From Rhodobacterales bacterium (GTDB lineage: Bacteria > Pseudomonadota > Alphaproteobacteria > Rhodobacterales > Rhodobacteraceae), in contig JANOQM010000079.1 in the NCBI GenBank assembly GCA_031422295.1, positions 1 through 49,748 of the forward strand: 49,748 bases of DNA. The letters are read 5' to 3'. Both the position numbers and the translations under genes were made by a program. The notes beneath the pieces were generated by a model. The model was not told where the DNA came from. It saw only the letters and a list, made by a program, of their open reading frames with translations, and ran no database searches. Shown here one piece after another: positions 49,610 to 49,748 of this stretch (its first letter is position 1; every line of letters begins with the position of its first letter).

Positions 49610-49748
49610 TGAACCGCCCCGGGTTTACCGGAGGGCAAAACTCTCGGAGAATTGCCCATTATGGAACATGCACAAAAGAAGAAGACCGCGAAGCCGTATT
49701 CACCTGAGTTCCGCGAACGAGCGGTGCGGCTTGCGATGGAACACCGCG
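49610..49748 (+). mobile_element. IS3-family (IS3 group) insertion sequence, left end. The left inverted repeat starts TGAACCGCCCCGGG... The element continues beyond the window.
   Basis: The inverted repeat tgaaccgccccgggtttaccggagggcaaaactc closely resembles the E. coli IS3 terminal repeat. It is followed 51 nt later by an OrfA start. Confidence 0.7.
49661..49748 (+). CDS. IS3-family transposase OrfA (HTH part), 5' fragment
   Basis: Reads MEHAQKKKTAKPYSPEFRERAVRLAMEHR. The K-rich stretch plus YSPEFRxxAV is the canonical IS3 OrfA N-terminus. Confidence 0.65.
   Translation, partial: MEHAQKKKTAKPYSPEFRERAVRLAMEHR

Larger units (their letters stand above)
43287..49748. mobile_element. Probable integrative genomic island (partial; its right end is not in the window) inserted next to tRNA-Ser. 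It carries the integrase, an AT-rich spacer and type I-C cas genes.
   Basis: tRNA followed by a tyrosine integrase. Composition drops abruptly (AT-rich 43287-43500 and 46150-46860). Cargo genes follow. Confidence 0.45.

Overview
This window is a GC-rich chromosomal segment. Gene content, synteny and codon usage suggest an alphaproteobacterium, probably Rhodobacterales-like; that is an inference from the sequence only. Most of it is core housekeeping genes: lepA, glyA, nadK, trmB, aroA, cmk, rpsA, ihfB, lapA, trpF, trpB, trpA, pth, rplY and ychF. Several accessory patches interrupt them. (1) Positions 1-245 form a near-perfect ~110-bp-arm palindrome that starts exactly at the window edge. It is followed by a phage Mu Mor-family activator-like gene. 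(2) A visibly AT-richer two-gene cassette sits directly after lepA. It encodes a DUF262 (ParB/GmrSD-N-like) protein and a HEPN-like protein with an R-x4-H motif. This is my best candidate for an uncharacterised defence module. A large hypothetical membrane-anchored protein lies divergent from lepA on the other side. (3) A curli-like locus is present (CsgA-like, CsgH-like, CsgB-like) without visible secretion genes. (4) rpsA contains an in-frame TAG. (5) A ~13.5-kb block between trpB and trpA/ychF looks inverted. The inversion separates trpB from trpA and rplY-pth from ychF, and the block carries many inserted accessory genes. (6) tRNA-Ser(GCU) is followed by a tyrosine integrase, an AT-rich spacer, and a type I-C CRISPR-Cas start (cas3, cas5c). 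cas5c is cut by an IS3-group insertion sequence at the window end. No CRISPR array lies within the window.
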